UHGV virus genome: UHGV-0171654
Origin: a virus
Length of the DNA: 46,059 nt
Reading direction: 5' to 3' (one strand)
Part shown: piece by piece, positions 28,839 to 37,644 of the stretch
Layout of the letters: each line of letters starts with the position of its first letter
How positions within the stretch are numbered: position 1 is the first letter of the stretch
Notes under the pieces: model-generated
Databases searched by the model: none
Told to the model about the DNA's origin: nothing
Seen by the model: only the letters and a program-made list of their open reading frames with translations
Position numbers and translations under genes: made by a program

Positions 28839-29648
28839 TCATCTCGTCACCCTGGAGAGAATGACATCAGCGTATGATTCCTGTTTGTGACATTCGGATA
28901 CCAGCTCCTCGAAGAACGGCTTCAACTGCTCATAAGCTACCGTTTTCTTAATGTCAGCAACGGCCCTTACTCCTTCCATTACCGTCGAAAACTTCATGCG
29001 AGCATAACCTTTTCCGCTGCAGCGATCGCACACCTTCATTACCGGTATCCCAAGTCGCTCGCTGGTCTCTTTATCCAGTACCTTTCCTTTCCCATTGCAG
29101 CGACACGAATTGCTGATAACACCCTTTCCGTTACAGGCAGAGCATTTAACTTTGACCACCTCGCGGATTTCGCTCCAACACTCCCAGTGGCTTGGGCGTA
29201 CCGCGCGGGACATCTTTGCCCAATAAGGTGGCTTGCCCCACGGATATGAGCATTTATTGGTGAACACCTGGGCCTCTGTGAAGCCAGTCCCATCGCAGCA
29301 AGTGCATTTTCTAACGCTGGCAGCACTTCGCGTGTAATCCTGGTATGCAAAAGCACACAGAACTTCGAGAACTCTTTTGCGAACGTCCTGGCTGAGTTCT
29401 GAAACGATGTTAAAGCGGTTTGATAATCGTTCTGCTGATTCATAAAGTAGCTCCATTGCTCGGTCAGGTGTGCTTACCCCAATCTTTGCCAGATAGAGGT
29501 CGAAGCCGAATCCGCACTTGGCATTTACCAGCCCAAGAGCGGCCATGATGTCAGTGCCGGTTAGGCCATCCGATGCAGTAGCCCGTGGCGAGTCACTCAG
29601 CATTGGTGATTTAGGCGCGAAGTATTTGGCGATAGATTCGAGGTTCAT
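28839..29648 (-). CDS. Q: late gene antiterminator, lambda Q family, with expanded zinc-binding region (four CxxCxGxG-type repeats)
   Basis: N-terminus MNLESIAKYFAPKSPMLSDSPRATASDGLTGTDIMAA closely matches lambda Q MRLESVAKFHSPKSPMMSDSPRATASDSLSGTDVMAA; C-terminus ...ECHKQESYADVILSRVTR matches ...QCHKEESIADNILNAVTR; central CTCCDGTG, CSACNGKG, CRCNGKG, CDRCSGKG. Confidence 0.85.
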   Translation of the reverse strand: MNLESIAKYFAPKSPMLSDSPRATASDGLTGTDIMAALGLVNAKCGFGFDLYLAKIGVSTPDRAMELLYESAERLSNRFNIVSELSQDVRKRVLEVLCAFAYQDYTRSAASVRKCTCCDGTGFTEAQVFTNKCSYPWGKPPYWAKMSRAVRPSHWECWSEIREVVKVKCSACNGKGVISNSCRCNGKGKVLDKETSERLGIPVMKVCDRCSGKGYARMKFSTVMEGVRAVADIKKTVAYEQLKPFFEELVSECHKQESYADVILSRVTR

Positions 29649-29784
29649 GCTGTCTCTCCCAGGGTCTGATAGATGCGAACGAAATTTCTCAGTATGCGGT
29701 AGTCAACCAGTACGGTGCCGCTGCTGCGTAAAAGGCGAAGCTTTATCCAGCGGTCGCGGATGCGTTCGATAACGTCACGGCTCA
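29644..29784 (-). CDS. micro-ORF (46 aa) translationally coupled between the 76-aa ORF and Q
   Basis: MSRDVIERIRDRWIKLRLLRSSGTVLVDYRILRNFVRIYQTLGETA; its ATG overlaps upstream stop (ATGA) and its TGA overlaps Q ATG (ATGA). Confidence 0.4.
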
Positions 29785-30012
29785 TTTGGTCGTCCTCGCC
29801 ATGGCCTTGGCCATCGCCTTGTATGCCCTGAGCACATACGCGCTCTTTCCGTACAGGGTGATCTGGAAGGTAATTCCGCGAGACTCCCAGGTGTTGACCG
29901 GTGACTCGTCCAGACCTGCATCCGCAATACGCCTGGCCTTAGCCATCTGCCAAAATGGACCGGTCAGCCAGATGCGGGCGTAAGCCCCTTCGTCGCTGTA
30001 GGTGATCTTCAT
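29782..30012 (-). CDS. hypothetical Nin-region protein (76 aa)
   Basis: ATGA overlap with NinG-like gene upstream. Confidence 0.45.
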   Translation of the reverse strand: MKITYSDEGAYARIWLTGPFWQMAKARRIADAGLDESPVNTWESRGITFQITLYGKSAYVLRAYKAMAKAMARTTK

Positions 30013-30590
30013 GCGGCCTCCCGTTGTTTTATTAGCGTACGGCGTAGCGCGCTGTAATGGCGCCTGATGCCTTCCAGTTCTTCGATGGTGTATCGGTGAG
30101 GGGTGTTGTTGTTTTCCAGCGCCTCGACGCGCTCAGCGCCGATTTTCTCTACCAGGCCAATGCGGTACTGCTGCTGGTTTCCTGACATCTGCACGTTGCA
30201 GTGATGGCACTGCTTGTGAATATTGTCCTCGTTGTAGCGCAGGTGCGATGCTTTACCGCGGGAACGGTAATGGCCGGCCTCCCACTGAACCGTGTCGAAC
30301 GTTCCGCAGCTGATGCACGGCAGGTCGTGGTCACGCTCGCGGATATAGTCGTTAACGACACGCTGGGTCATATCTTCCCAGTGCCTGAGAGGTTTCACCG
30401 CGGCTTTGCGCTTGCGCCAGGCTGCGCGCTCTTTCTTCGCTTTTGCCTGTGCCTGCTTCTCGCGCTTCTTCTCCAGTTCCTGCATGGCAAATTCAGCGCC
30501 ATGCTCAGGGCAGCACCAACGATGATTTTCGAATGCTGGGGTGAATTTTGTCCGGCAGATTTTGCACCGGCGCTGAGCACGTTTAAGCAT
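30009..30590 (-). CDS. ninG: NinG/Rap-family recombination protein
   Basis: [18 protein letters not shown]...CCPEHG...[27 protein letters not shown]...[10 protein letters not shown] closely parallels lambda NinG. Confidence 0.8.
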   Translation of the reverse strand: MLKRAQRRCKICRTKFTPAFENHRWCCPEHGAEFAMQELEKKREKQAQAKAKKERAAWRKRKAAVKPLRHWEDMTQRVVNDYIRERDHDLPCISCGTFDTVQWEAGHYRSRGKASHLRYNEDNIHKQCHHCNVQMSGNQQQYRIGLVEKIGAERVEALENNNTPHRYTIEELEGIRRHYSALRRTLIKQREAA

Positions 30591-31257
30591 GATCACCACC
30601 CTGGATCTGCACCAAGGTCAGGCGGCCGCAGAATACAGCCCCAGTGTCGATATACATCTGATTGGCGTACTGGCTTGGCTGACGTGCCGGGGTGTGACCA
30701 AAAATAAACAGGTCTGCACCGGATATTTCATTCACAATCCCATCCTGAGCTGCGCTCACTCGCTCACGATTCCAGATCACCAGATCTGCGTCCACTGGCT
30801 TGCCGAACTCGTAATCATCGTCCGGGTAATCCGCGTGGCAGATGACGAACTTCTTGCCGTCCTTCTCCACCTCGATGATGAACGGCAGTTCTGCAACTTT
30901 GCGGATTAGTGACTTTGCCAAAATCTCCTGCTCCGGGTTGAGGAAGTAGTACCAGGTTCCGCCGTTCTGCCTCCAGTGAATCTCCTTGCTGCCGTATCCG
31001 GCTGCGATAGCATCCAGCATCATCTGCTCATGGTTGCCGCGCACCGCGCGGAACCATGGCTGATTAATCAGGTCGAGGCATTCGACGTTCTCGGTGCCGC
31101 GGTCGATGAGGTCGCCAACCGAAACCAGCAGATCCTGTGCTGGGTCGAACCCGACCGCGTCCAGCCGGTTCATCAGGTTGGTGTAGCAGCCGTGCAGGTC
31201 GCCAACAACCCAGATATTGCGCCAGTCAGCGCCGTTAATGCGTTGATAGATGCTCAT
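30583..31257 (-). CDS. serine/threonine protein phosphatase (lambda PP / NinI-like metallophosphoesterase)
   Basis: GDLHGC, GDLIDRG, GNHE metallophosphatase motifs; 224 aa. Confidence 0.85.
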   Translation of the reverse strand: MSIYQRINGADWRNIWVVGDLHGCYTNLMNRLDAVGFDPAQDLLVSVGDLIDRGTENVECLDLINQPWFRAVRGNHEQMMLDAIAAGYGSKEIHWRQNGGTWYYFLNPEQEILAKSLIRKVAELPFIIEVEKDGKKFVICHADYPDDDYEFGKPVDADLVIWNRERVSAAQDGIVNEISGADLFIFGHTPARQPSQYANQMYIDTGAVFCGRLTLVQIQGGDHA

Positions 31258-31421
31258 GCAATTTTCCTTCTGGCAGCGCGGCGCAGCCAGCTGACATCTG
31301 CCAGGTGAGCCGTATAGTGAAAGGTGGGGATGTCGGAAGGCTTAACTTCGACCTTGCGCTTGCGGCGCGCCGGTACGCGGAAGATGCCGCGATCCATTAC
31401 TTTGGCGAGGGGACTATGCAT
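31254..31421 (-). CDS. small Nin-region protein (55 aa)
   Basis: Start MHSPLAKV overlaps NinB stop (ATGCATAG); basic protein. Confidence 0.35.
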   Translation of the reverse strand: MHSPLAKVMDRGIFRVPARRKRKVEVKPSDIPTFHYTAHLADVSWLRRAARRKIA

Positions 31422-31863
31422 GGGATTCTCCCCAGCGCTTGGCCCATTCGATTTCAATGCGGGACTTTTCGCTGAACTTAACGCCCTGTTGAGTGCCGAA
31501 CCAGTAGATCGCCTCAATGACTTCAACCATCTGACGCACTGTCATTTTGCTGGTACGCTGACCGAACATCACAACGCCGCCATCCAGCCCGGGGGCCATG
31601 CGCTGCTCTTGTTTTTTTGACTTGGCCACAAGAGCAGTAATGAGGTCTTTCCAGTCGTCGGAGTCGTATTTGTTACCGAACCAGATAACCTGATCTGACA
31701 GGTCTTTCAGTAGTGGCCACATTTTCTTGTTTTGTTCGAGAGTGCGCGTCATCTCCTTGATATCTAGGATCAGAGGGCGCTTAGCATCCACTGGCAACTC
31801 TCGAATGAAATTGATGGCGTTCTGTTTGATAGCGTCGTTGACGAGGTGGAATTGCTGTTTCAC
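31414..31863 (-). CDS. ninB: NinB-family protein
   Basis: 149 aa, GTG start with GGAGGTGAAGCGTG RBS; C-terminal SEKSRIEIEWAKRWGE typical of NinB. Confidence 0.7.
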   Translation of the reverse strand: MKQQFHLVNDAIKQNAINFIRELPVDAKRPLILDIKEMTRTLEQNKKMWPLLKDLSDQVIWFGNKYDSDDWKDLITALVAKSKKQEQRMAPGLDGGVVMFGQRTSKMTVRQMVEVIEAIYWFGTQQGVKFSEKSRIEIEWAKRWGESHA

Positions 31864-32064
31864 GCTTCACCTCCGAAGAGGTTAAACGCAGAATGCAGGA
31901 AATCGCCGGTGACTTTCGCCATCGGTGACAGGTATTGCTTTAAGGTTTTGTGCGCCATGTGTCCCCACTTGGCGCCGGATAACAGGTGTCAGTTGCTCAG
32001 GCTGACGAGGTAATTATCGCCCTTCCCGAGGATAAAAGCAAAATGAGCATATACGATAAAACCG

Positions 32065-32322
32065 CTATTTCTTGGCGTTCTGCTCAGCCATTTCCAGATA
32101 GCGCGGATCGGATGCGCGGGGTAGCTGTACGCTTTGCTCGCGATAGTAGCGGACGCGCTCCATGAAATACTCGCGCAGGTGTTCAGGCTGCTCTCTGGCC
32201 ACCACTTCGGCGACAACTGGCATGTTCAGCCGCTCTTTGTAGGCGACGCCGGACGCTGCGAGGTCTACATTGACCTTATCCTGCTCGTCTTTTGTCTTTG
32301 ATGCGATATTCCACTGTGACAT
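32065..32322 (-). CDS. hypothetical protein (85 aa)
   Basis: Charged, protein-like ORF; overlapping alternative ORF 31989-32216 judged less likely. Confidence 0.35.
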   Translation of the reverse strand: MSQWNIASKTKDEQDKVNVDLAASGVAYKERLNMPVVAEVVAREQPEHLREYFMERVRYYREQSVQLPRASDPRYLEMAEQNAKK

Positions 32323-32398
32323 AAAAATCCCCTCTGCTGTGGAGGGGATTATATAGCATCAACTGGATGGGTGCGCGGCTTTGCGTTCTGCGGGGGAT

Positions 32399-32647
32399 TT
32401 AGGCATCGCCAACTTCCTCAAGAATCTTTGAAGCATCGATTTTACTAAGGCGATTAACCATGGCTTCCATCTCCCTGCGCATGATTTTTTGAAGCACCCT
32501 GTCTCTTCTGAAATGGCAAGGTTGTGGCCTGTGCTTACGCTTTTCACGAAACGGAAGAGATGATGATTGCCAGTATCGCTTTCTGAGCGCCCCAGACTGC
32601 ACCATGTCAGACCTGACGATTTCGCCTACCGTACTAGCCCTCGGCAT
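32399..32647 (-). CDS. hypothetical small basic protein (~82 aa)
   Basis: Start MPRASTV abuts stop of the upstream DUF551-like gene. Confidence 0.3.
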   Translation of the reverse strand: MPRASTVGEIVRSDMVQSGALRKRYWQSSSLPFREKRKHRPQPCHFRRDRVLQKIMRREMEAMVNRLSKIDASKILEEVGDA

Positions 32648-33099
32648 CACCTCACCTCCTGCGGACCGGCCGGCAGCGGCATCCAGTGGGTTATATTCTT
32701 GGCAATGAATTGGTTTGCCTGCCAAGCACCAAATATGAATGCGTAGGTAGTTACGTAACGATTATCCCAGCAAAGATATGCCCCATCATTCTCCGGCATC
32801 CGCTCGCTTACCGGAATCCATTTACCCGGCACGGTAGCGGGTTCACTGCCGGGTGACTGCGGGGCGGCGTAGACCGGCATAACATCATCATGACCCTTGT
32901 TACTTTCATCCGTCAGAGACCAGAACAACCGTCCTGCTGGATGCTTGAAGATGTACGCCACCGGCTCGCTGTCCATTGCGGCCAGCGATTGACGAATGAG
33001 AGCCTCTAATTGCCGGTCAGTGGCATCGCAGCCGCCATCTTCATCAAATTGTGCAACCCATTCTTCCAGCTGCTCTCTGGTTATGGTTGATTTGGTCAT
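32647..33099 (-). CDS. DUF551-like phage protein
   Basis: Start MTKSTITREQLEEW; C-terminal ...KWIPVSERMPENDGAYLCW resembles DUF551 conserved W-x-P-x-x-E-x-x-P core. Confidence 0.5.
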   Translation of the reverse strand: MTKSTITREQLEEWVAQFDEDGGCDATDRQLEALIRQSLAAMDSEPVAYIFKHPAGRLFWSLTDESNKGHDDVMPVYAAPQSPGSEPATVPGKWIPVSERMPENDGAYLCWDNRYVTTYAFIFGAWQANQFIAKNITHWMPLPAGPQEVR

Positions 33100-33275
33100 T
33101 GATTGGCTCCCCGTCCAAGTTCTGCGCAAATAAATCCTGCTATAATCGCGCCGCAGTGCCCGGCAATAAGCACCCAAACAGGAACGTCAATCTTTGCCGC
33201 TACCATGCTTATCGGCGTAGCTCCCAAGCCGATGAATGCAATAGTGAGATAAATTTTCCAACGTTCCGCCATCAT
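33096..33275 (-). CDS. small membrane protein (59 aa, two TM helices), not in ORF track
   Basis: MMAERWKIYLTIAFIGLGATPISMVAAKIDVPVWVLIAGHCGAIIAGFICAELGRGANQ; ATGATG start overlaps upstream stop, TGA overlaps downstream ATG (ATGA). Confidence 0.45.
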   Translation of the reverse strand: MMAERWKIYLTIAFIGLGATPISMVAAKIDVPVWVLIAGHCGAIIAGFICAELGRGANQ

Positions 33276-33928
33276 TCAGCCTCCACCTTGATGCCAGCGG
33301 CGGCCAGCGCTACCTTTACGTCCTGGCTGTAGTTATAAACGCCATCAGACCATACATATCTGTCCCCAGACACAATCTGTCGTAAGTCTGGCAGCTTCAC
33401 GGTGCGGGACTCCAGCTCAGCGATGCGCTGGCGCAGTGCTGCAATCTCCATATCTGCAGCGTCGGCATAATGGACGTTTTCATGCTCCAGCGGCGGCAGG
33501 TCTGGAGTATTCACGCCAAACAGCGCCGCCAGTGCGCGATAGTTCTGCTCGCTGTGATAGCGACCTTTGCAGCGAACCAACTTCTCGGCTGCTGCGTTGA
33601 TGGTCTGCGCCTTCTCCAGCTTTTCACCGGTCGACTCAGCTGTTTTTCTCCACGTTGCACAAATACGTTTCTCTGATTCCAGTGCCTCTACCAGTTCAAC
33701 GTTTCGTTTTCCTTTGGCCTCAACCTGTCGATACAGCTCATCCCAACTTTTTGAGTTGTCGCGCACCAGACTTGTCACGCGCTCTTCACGTGACTTGTAA
33801 TACTCCAGCGCCTCTACCAGCGCCAGAGTTTCGTCTACAGAAACGGTTAAAGTAAGGCTGCGGTATTTTTTCGCTAACACAGCTGCGGCCTTCATGTACT
33901 GCGCCAGTTCAGTGATATCAGTTGTCAT
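33272..33928 (-). CDS. coiled-coil hypothetical protein (218 aa; Ea22-like region)
   Basis: Long heptad-like charged helices (EALEYYKSREERV..., IAALRQRIAELESR). Confidence 0.45.
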   Translation of the reverse strand: MTTDITELAQYMKAAAVLAKKYRSLTLTVSVDETLALVEALEYYKSREERVTSLVRDNSKSWDELYRQVEAKGKRNVELVEALESEKRICATWRKTAESTGEKLEKAQTINAAAEKLVRCKGRYHSEQNYRALAALFGVNTPDLPPLEHENVHYADAADMEIAALRQRIAELESRTVKLPDLRQIVSGDRYVWSDGVYNYSQDVKVALAAAGIKVEAE

Positions 33929-34160
33929 GTTGTGCCTCCTTCACGCTATCCCATTCAACCCAGGCGTTTTCACCGTCTGCATCAATTTCGCCTTTGTGTC
34001 CGCATTTCGTGCATACGGCTTCGTCGCCAGACCAAAGAGTATCCGGAGACACAGACCATCCAGTCACACTAGCTTTGTCGTTGTTGCAGTTTGGGCAGTT
34101 ATCAAGCCAGCCAACAGTAACCGTTAATGGCCCGTATCCATGCTCTGTTCTGATGCTCAT
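33918..34160 (-). CDS. small zinc-ribbon protein (80 aa)
   Basis: CPNC...CTKCGHKG cysteine pairs. Confidence 0.45.
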   Translation of the reverse strand: MSIRTEHGYGPLTVTVGWLDNCPNCNNDKASVTGWSVSPDTLWSGDEAVCTKCGHKGEIDADGENAWVEWDSVKEAQHDN

Positions 34161-34738
34161 TTGTCGGCCCCCTCGCGCATAGCCCGCACTGCTGCGGCGC
34201 TATCATTGGCGTGCTGCTCCAGCCAGTCGACAAGAGAGCCAAGGTCGGTTACGGCAGGATTATCAAGAATGCTTTGGGAAATGAATTTCGCCTCATCAGC
34301 CTTAATCCCGGCTACGATGCGATCGGTGGCGGGGGTTTTGACATTTGGGCGATACTCAGTGTCAGGAGTCTGCATCCACCCTACTACCCAATCCTTGGTG
34401 TAATAGGTGCCATCATTGGTGCGATAATCGTATGAATATTCCTCTGGCAACGCCTTCAGAGCTGCGTACTCACCATTTTTTAACTTGGCAATAAACCACT
34501 CGCTTGCGTAAAAGCCATGCAGAGGGCGCCCATCTTGCAGAGTGCATACCGAAGAATTTATCAGCGCCGAATTATCTGCCGCCAGCGCCCGCACCTGCTC
34601 ATTCAGCCCCACATTCTCCGCCGCCAGCTGCTGGTAAGCTTTCGCCAGCGCCATAACCTTTGTCTCTCTGATCGACAGCTCGCCTGCGCTCTCCAGGGAG
34701 GCGATGAGCTCGTTTACTGCCTGTAGTGTGATAGTCAT
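34157..34738 (-). CDS. hypothetical protein (193 aa)
   Basis: ATGA-overlapped operon member. Confidence 0.45.
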   Translation of the reverse strand: MTITLQAVNELIASLESAGELSIRETKVMALAKAYQQLAAENVGLNEQVRALAADNSALINSSVCTLQDGRPLHGFYASEWFIAKLKNGEYAALKALPEEYSYDYRTNDGTYYTKDWVVGWMQTPDTEYRPNVKTPATDRIVAGIKADEAKFISQSILDNPAVTDLGSLVDWLEQHANDSAAAVRAMREGADK

Positions 34739-34959
34739 TTGGCGGCTCCTGCAGCGATCATGGCGGTGATTTCTTCCGGGGTTTCTTTCACTTCAATGCG
34801 CTCTCCGGAGGTCATTTTCAGGACTGTCAGCCCGGCGAAAAACATACTGATAATGTGGTCTGCGGCAACAAACACAGGCTCGTAGACTGTTTCAGATTCC
34901 CAACCGTGTGCACCCTGGTGCTGAACCACCACTTTTTGTGCTAATTTGAGAAAAATCAT
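34735..34959 (-). CDS. hypothetical small protein (~74 aa)
   Basis: Start taken at MIFLKLAQK; long ORF 34956-35486 upstream portion is Arg-rich and implausible. Confidence 0.35.
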   Translation of the reverse strand: MIFLKLAQKVVVQHQGAHGWESETVYEPVFVAADHIISMFFAGLTVLKMTSGERIEVKETPEEITAMIAAGAAK

Positions 34960-35261
34960 TTTCTTACTCCCGCCAGGCACTGGTTAAAAAGGTTGGTCAG
35001 CTTGTTGGCGCCGCAATGATGATTGCTAAACTGAAAATCCGCCGACGTGCTTTCGGTTACGGTTGTCTTATCGGCCAGGGTGTAGCGATAGCCTTTGCGC
35101 TCACCTGCTCGCAAAACTCGGCCATCGTTAAACGTGGCCCAGATAGCTGAGTTAACGACAGAAGAGTGCAAGCCTGTTCCGGTGCGTATCTCTGAAAAAG
35201 TGCAACCGGGATTGCTGCCGATAAAATTGATGACGATTTGAGTACCGGATATACGTTTCAT
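34956..35261 (-). CDS. Ren-like protein (101 aa) downstream of P
   Basis: Start MKRISGTQIV overlaps P stop (ATGA); order O-P-ren as in lambda; ...IVINFIGSNPGCTFSEIRTGTG...RAGERKGYRYTLA parallels lambda Ren. Confidence 0.45.
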   Translation of the reverse strand: MKRISGTQIVINFIGSNPGCTFSEIRTGTGLHSSVVNSAIWATFNDGRVLRAGERKGYRYTLADKTTVTESTSADFQFSNHHCGANKLTNLFNQCLAGVRK

Positions 35262-36052
35262 TGAATCAGCCCTTTTTCTTTGCCAATCAGGTATTCGTCT
35301 CGCAGCCACTGAGCCGGGGTTAGCGCGCCGAGTGATGCGGCACCTGGCATGCATCCGAAGCTTTTTCCTTCCGGGTGATAACCGCGCTGCCTGCTGGCGT
35401 GATTTGTGGGGATCACTTCCTGGTTGTTCTCCAGAGCCAGTACCGGTGACGGTATTTGTTCTCCGGCGGCGACTTTCAGCGCCCACTCTTCCAGTTTCTT
35501 GGCGGCATATTTCTCGGTTTCTGCCTCGCTGAGCTGGCGCTGGTACATTGCCCGCCGGGTATCGGTGACAATCCAGTACATGACCGGGTGAGACCAGGGG
35601 AAACGCTCTGCGCCTCCGGTGTGGAGCCCCTTCTCGCGGTTGTATCGTTGAAATTCACCCATCACGTCAGCCAGCTTGATACCGAGTACTGTGCCGCTGT
35701 CCTTGCACCACTTGATGAACTGGCCCGGCGATGGCCAGAACGGCGATTCACTGGCTCTTGCATGGCGTACGCCGGCGGATAGCTGATCGCGGGTGCGGAT
35801 GCCGTTTTCCGAAAATGCCGCTATCCACTGCTGCTTAGCCACTCGCTCATCAGCATCTGACCGGAGGTTGGTTTGCGTCGCTGCCGGAAAAATCTGCTTC
35901 AGCTGCATGAACAGCGCGTCAACAAGGCGCTCAGCGTCTGAATTCACAACCCGGCCATGCTCAGGGTTACCCCCCGCCATGCTTGCCATCGCTGCGCCAT
36001 CCCGATTGTTTATTGCGCGGTAGAGTTCAGGTTTCACAGGAAATCCCTCCAT
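35258..36052 (-). CDS. P: replication protein P (DnaB helicase loader), lambda P family
   Basis: AKQQWIAAFSENGIRTRDQLSAGVRHARASESPFWPSPGQFIKWCKD matches lambda P RRQWVLAFRENGITTMEQVNAGMRVARRQNRPFLPSPGQFVAWCRE. Confidence 0.8.
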   Translation of the reverse strand: MEGFPVKPELYRAINNRDGAAMASMAGGNPEHGRVVNSDAERLVDALFMQLKQIFPAATQTNLRSDADERVAKQQWIAAFSENGIRTRDQLSAGVRHARASESPFWPSPGQFIKWCKDSGTVLGIKLADVMGEFQRYNREKGLHTGGAERFPWSHPVMYWIVTDTRRAMYQRQLSEAETEKYAAKKLEEWALKVAAGEQIPSPVLALENNQEVIPTNHASRQRGYHPEGKSFGCMPGAASLGALTPAQWLRDEYLIGKEKGLIQ

Positions 36053-36870
36053 GCATCCAGGCTGTTCCAGTGGAGGTCTTCCTGGCCGGTATCTCGGCTG
36101 CGCTTAGCCTGCCCGTCAGGCTCGAACAGACCCTGCCAGCCATTGGCGATGCTCCGGTTAATAATTTCTTCAGGCGCGTACCCGTTCAGCCGGCAGCGGT
36201 CGAGCAGATTGATAGCCTGCGTCACGGTCTGCTGAGACTTGATCGGCTTTTTCAGGTCACGGCGGTATTCGACCCATGAAGACCAGGTGACTACGGACAG
36301 CCAGTCAGGCAGCTGAACACTGGACGCATCGAACGAACACGCCCTGGGGGATTTAGGGGGTTTATTACTATTGTCTTTATTGTCTTTTGTATGTTTGTCT
36401 TTTGTGTTTACCTGATTCTGGTAATTAGCGTTACCTGATTCGGGTAATCTTTTCTTGCCTGATTCGGGTAGATTTACCTTTTTCAGGTATGGTTTTTTTT
36501 CTGTACCTTTTTCAGGCAAAGATAACCATTCTCCGACCGTTTTATTAATCCCGATAACACGCCCGGTTTTGGTTAATATCCCGCGCTTAACCAGGGCGCT
36601 TTTTGCAGCTGAACACTTATGCGGAAGAATGCCGGTCAGCACCGAGATCTGCTCGTTACTGACCCAGTCAGATTTCTTATTGAAGCCGTATGTTTTGCGC
36701 ATGATTGCCATGAGCACTAAAAGCTGATGCTGCGACAAACCTGCATGCATGACAGCCTCAAGGAGCTCATTGGCGATGCGCGTAAACCCATCGTCGAGAT
36801 CTGCCACGCGCAGCTCCTGTAGTGCCACGACAGGCACAGGGAAATTGATTACTTCGGCAGTATTTGCCAT
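36034..36870 (-). CDS. O: replication initiator O-like protein (N-terminal iteron-binding domain) containing the origin
   Basis: N-terminal ...NFPVPV...QLLVLMAIMRKTYGFNKKSDWVSNEQISVLTG... typical of phage_rep_O; AGGAGTAATTATG RBS; internal iterons and AT-rich tract. Confidence 0.75.
   Translation of the reverse strand: MANTAEVINFPVPVVALQELRVADLDDGFTRIANELLEAVMHAGLSQHQLLVLMAIMRKTYGFNKKSDWVSNEQISVLTGILPHKCSAAKSALVKRGILTKTGRVIGINKTVGEWLSLPEKGTEKKPYLKKVNLPESGKKRLPESGNANYQNQVNTKDKHTKDNKDNSNKPPKSPRACSFDASSVQLPDWLSVVTWSSWVEYRRDLKKPIKSQQTVTQAINLLDRCRLNGYAPEEIINRSIANGWQGLFEPDGQAKRSRDTGQEDLHWNSLDAWRDFL
36361..36520 (-). repeat. Replication origin: 3-5 iterons (TACCTGATTC[T/G]GGTAAT-like) followed on the coding strand by an AT-rich TTGTCTTT-repeat region, embedded in the O gene
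   Basis: tacctgattctggtaat (36409-36425), tacctgattcgggtaat (36432-36448), gcctgattcgggtag (36457-36471), degenerate copies to ~36519; AT-rich ttgtctttattgtcttttgtatgtttgtctttt at 36371-36405. Confidence 0.6.
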
Positions 36871-36956
36871 AATTACTCCTGTGAATTGATCCAGTTAATT
36901 CGCGTAGAAAGCCGTTAGTGCTCGAACACTGCGGCTTTCGCCTTTTCTTCCCTTCA

Positions 36957-37277
36957 TTAGTCCCATCCCAACGGTCCTGGTCGGCACCGCTCTGCACGTA
37001 ATCCGATATCTGCCAGCGTTTCTACCGACTGCAGGTAATGCCGGGAAACCACTACCGCCTCAGGCGGCACAACCTGCAGACCAAGCACGGACAACTCTTT
37101 TGCTATGTCAGCGAAATGCCCTTCCCCCTTTCTGCGACTGACTGTTGATTCACTGATACCCAATATCTCCGCGTAAGCCTTCTGCCCGATGGATGAAAGG
37201 CGGTTGAGTAAAACCCCTTCCAGCTCAATCGGGTTGAGGATCGGCGGTTCTAAGTTGCGGGCTATTGCGCTTTGCAT
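36957..37277 (-). CDS. cII: CII-like transcriptional activator (106 aa)
   Basis: Position after cro-like gene and before O; HTH segment LSSIGQKAYAEILGISESTVSRRKGEG resembles lambda CII. Confidence 0.5.
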   Translation of the reverse strand: MQSAIARNLEPPILNPIELEGVLLNRLSSIGQKAYAEILGISESTVSRRKGEGHFADIAKELSVLGLQVVPPEAVVVSRHYLQSVETLADIGLRAERCRPGPLGWD

Positions 37278-37295
37278 TTGTGATATTTCCTGTTG

Positions 37296-37529
37296 TTAAG
37301 CCGCGGAAAATCGCGGACGTGAAAAAACAAGGCTCTCTTTGGATACGGGTTGGTAATGGCTAAACCCTTTGGTGGCCTCTTCTATTGCCTCTGCCTTCTC
37401 AGGCGAGGCCCGACGATTTCCATAGGCGATTTGATCCAGATAACCAACGGTTGTGTTTGCCAGTTTTGCCAACTGAGCCCACTCGCCTGTGCTGGCATCT
37501 TTTCGCCAGCGTAAAAGTTCATTACTCAT
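37296..37529 (-). CDS. Cro-like HTH repressor (77 aa)
   Basis: Start MSNELLRWRK; HTH GEWAQLAKLANTTVGYLDQIAYGNRR; divergent from cI across operator region. Confidence 0.5.
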   Translation of the reverse strand: MSNELLRWRKDASTGEWAQLAKLANTTVGYLDQIAYGNRRASPEKAEAIEEATKGFSHYQPVSKESLVFSRPRFSAA

Positions 37530-37560
37530 GGGACCTCCCCGTGACTTATTTAAAATGGAG

Positions 37561-37626
37561 TTTAGCGTTATGCTAAATACTAAGCAAGAAAGATTTAGCA
37601 ATTTGCATATTTATCATTCTGCTAAA
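37561..37626. promoter_or_regulatory. OR-like operator cluster between divergent cro-like and cI genes
   Basis: TTTAGCgttatGCTAAA perfect palindrome (37561-37577), TTTATCattctGCTAAA (37610-37626), weaker copy at 37594-37610. Confidence 0.5.
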
Positions 37627-37644
37627 AATGACAAAAATGAGCAG

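Noticed and set aside
34956-35486. Long 176-aa version of the ORF downstream of P
   Set aside because: N-terminal 76 aa are Arg/Ser/Thr-rich and overlap P in another frame; the start coupled to P's stop (MKRISG…, 101 aa) is far more plausible
36361-36520. Short direct repeats that could be mistaken for a CRISPR array
   Set aside because: Repeats are 15-17 bp, imperfect, contiguous without unique spacers, and lie inside the O gene: iterons of a replication origin, not CRISPR
37489-37644. N-terminal extension of the cI ORF (MLASFRQRKSS…)
   Set aside because: Would place the operator palindromes and the divergent cro promoter inside coding sequence; the repressor HTH domain begins at the downstream Met (37645)
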